Assembly: GCA_011109175.1 (NCBI GenBank)
Contig: RDEW01000007.1
Coordinates: 495,712-559,711, forward strand
Reading direction: 5' to 3'
DNA from: Dicyema japonicum
Lineage: Eukaryota > Animalia > Dicyemida
Length of the DNA: 64,000 nucleotides
A model generated the notes under the pieces. That model saw only the letters and a list, made by a program, of their open reading frames with translations, did not search any database and was not told the origin of the DNA. Positions 63,066 to 64,000 of this stretch are shown here, one piece after another (position 1 is the stretch's first letter; each line of letters opens with the position of its first letter). The translations under genes and the position numbers were made by a program.

Positions 63066-63568
63066 AGTGAATACTATAATAAGCAAGGAAACAAAAATCC
63101 ATAATAAACCTGACATCTTTTCAATAAAGCGAAAATCAAAGTTAAGATCACACCACAACAGTCCTTAAAATAAGTAGTTTGAAGTACAATTGCTAAGGGC
63201 AATACAGATCCTCGTGCAGGAACACATAAAATGACCTGTCTCTCATATATCATTAGTATCATAAATAGAATCATATTAACTATCATCCTATACTCGAATG
63301 AAAACCCTCAAGTTCTTTCAATTTTGACCCGAATCATACGTGCACCCAACAATTTGAGTTTCCAAGGTCTTTTGACTCCTTCACCTCGTCCATGCTCACG
63401 AAAAGAAAGACAATGACATTCGTGAAGCTGAGTAGAAATTCCATGCAATAAAGGTAGGTCACCACCTCAACCTTCTGACCAACAGCCACGTGGTTAACCG
63501 CTCCTAAAATAATTAATAAAAATCCTAATATCAAAAAAAGTTAAATTAATTTGTTTGTCAAAAATAAA

Positions 63569-64000
63569 TCATTTCCACATATAAGGGGGAATCTCGTCAA
63601 CAGTAATGTCCTCACATCGAGTGTCTCCACCGACATTATAAGCCACTCTTAGCTTCATTTTAATCCCTCCCGCATTCTACAACTCACAAAAAGGCTTACC
63701 TGAGTAGTCACAAAAATATTCTGGATAAAACTACCGAACCCCTCCACCACAGTAGTCCTCGGTGGACACACCTCGACTTTCATATTCTGCATAAACCATC
63801 AACCTCACCTTAAGAACAGCCACTTTCACGTGCAAATCACAGATTACGCTCGAAGTCCTGCTATCCACCACCACATCGATCCCCCATCGAGGACCTGGAC
63901 AGCTCGGAAACAAAAGTTTAACGGAAATTTCGTTCCCCTCGTAAACTAGGGTAATTTAAAAATTCCACCGATTAAACATGACTCTTCCATCTTTTCCGTT
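63569..64000 (-). CDS. AP1G1: AP-1 gamma adaptin, C-terminal ear domain (partial; gene continues beyond the window)
   Basis: VYEGNEISVKL..DLHVKVAVLK|NMKVEVCPP..FIQNIFVTTQ|NAGGIKMKLRVAYN..VDEIPPYMWK*. Introns of 23, 22 and 23 nt. Confidence 0.8.

Noticed and set aside
63074-63534. Hydrophobic minus-strand ORFs as a membrane protein gene
   Set aside because: They contain the dispersed repeat motif, and I found no consistent spliced structure or homology.
1-64000. Alternative genetic code or stop-codon readthrough
   Set aside because: Internal stops in the resolved genes are explained by micro-introns or indels, and TAA, TAG and TGA all terminate genes.

Overview
Eukaryotic nuclear DNA from an animal (ETS and KLF10/11-type factors, SETD8, BET, LAMP). 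It is most likely a highly reduced parasite such as a myxozoan or dicyemid; this is inference. I rebuilt 13 genes by hand: LAMP, URB1, SIN3, GCNT, LCMT2/TYW4, SLC7A6OS, KLF, SETD8, BET, dynein LC8, an ETS factor, an orphan secreted protein and the 3' end of AP1G1. There are also two poorly resolved genes and an intact U2 snRNA. The main feature is a micro-intron system: roughly 65-70 introns, nearly all 20-27 nt (mode 22-23). They have no polypyrimidine tract, a candidate branch A 6-9 nt from the 3' end, frequent AAG/GAG acceptors, GC donors and one well-supported GT-GG intron. The genes sit among abundant transposon debris (RTE, CRE, R4 and I/Jockey-like LINEs, hAT and pogo elements, tRNA-SINEs), including one young RTE with a target-site duplication. 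The palindrome CACGTG is about 6-fold over-represented. About a dozen single-base indels in short homopolymer runs of conserved genes suggest residual assembly error, so every single-base claim needs read-level confirmation.
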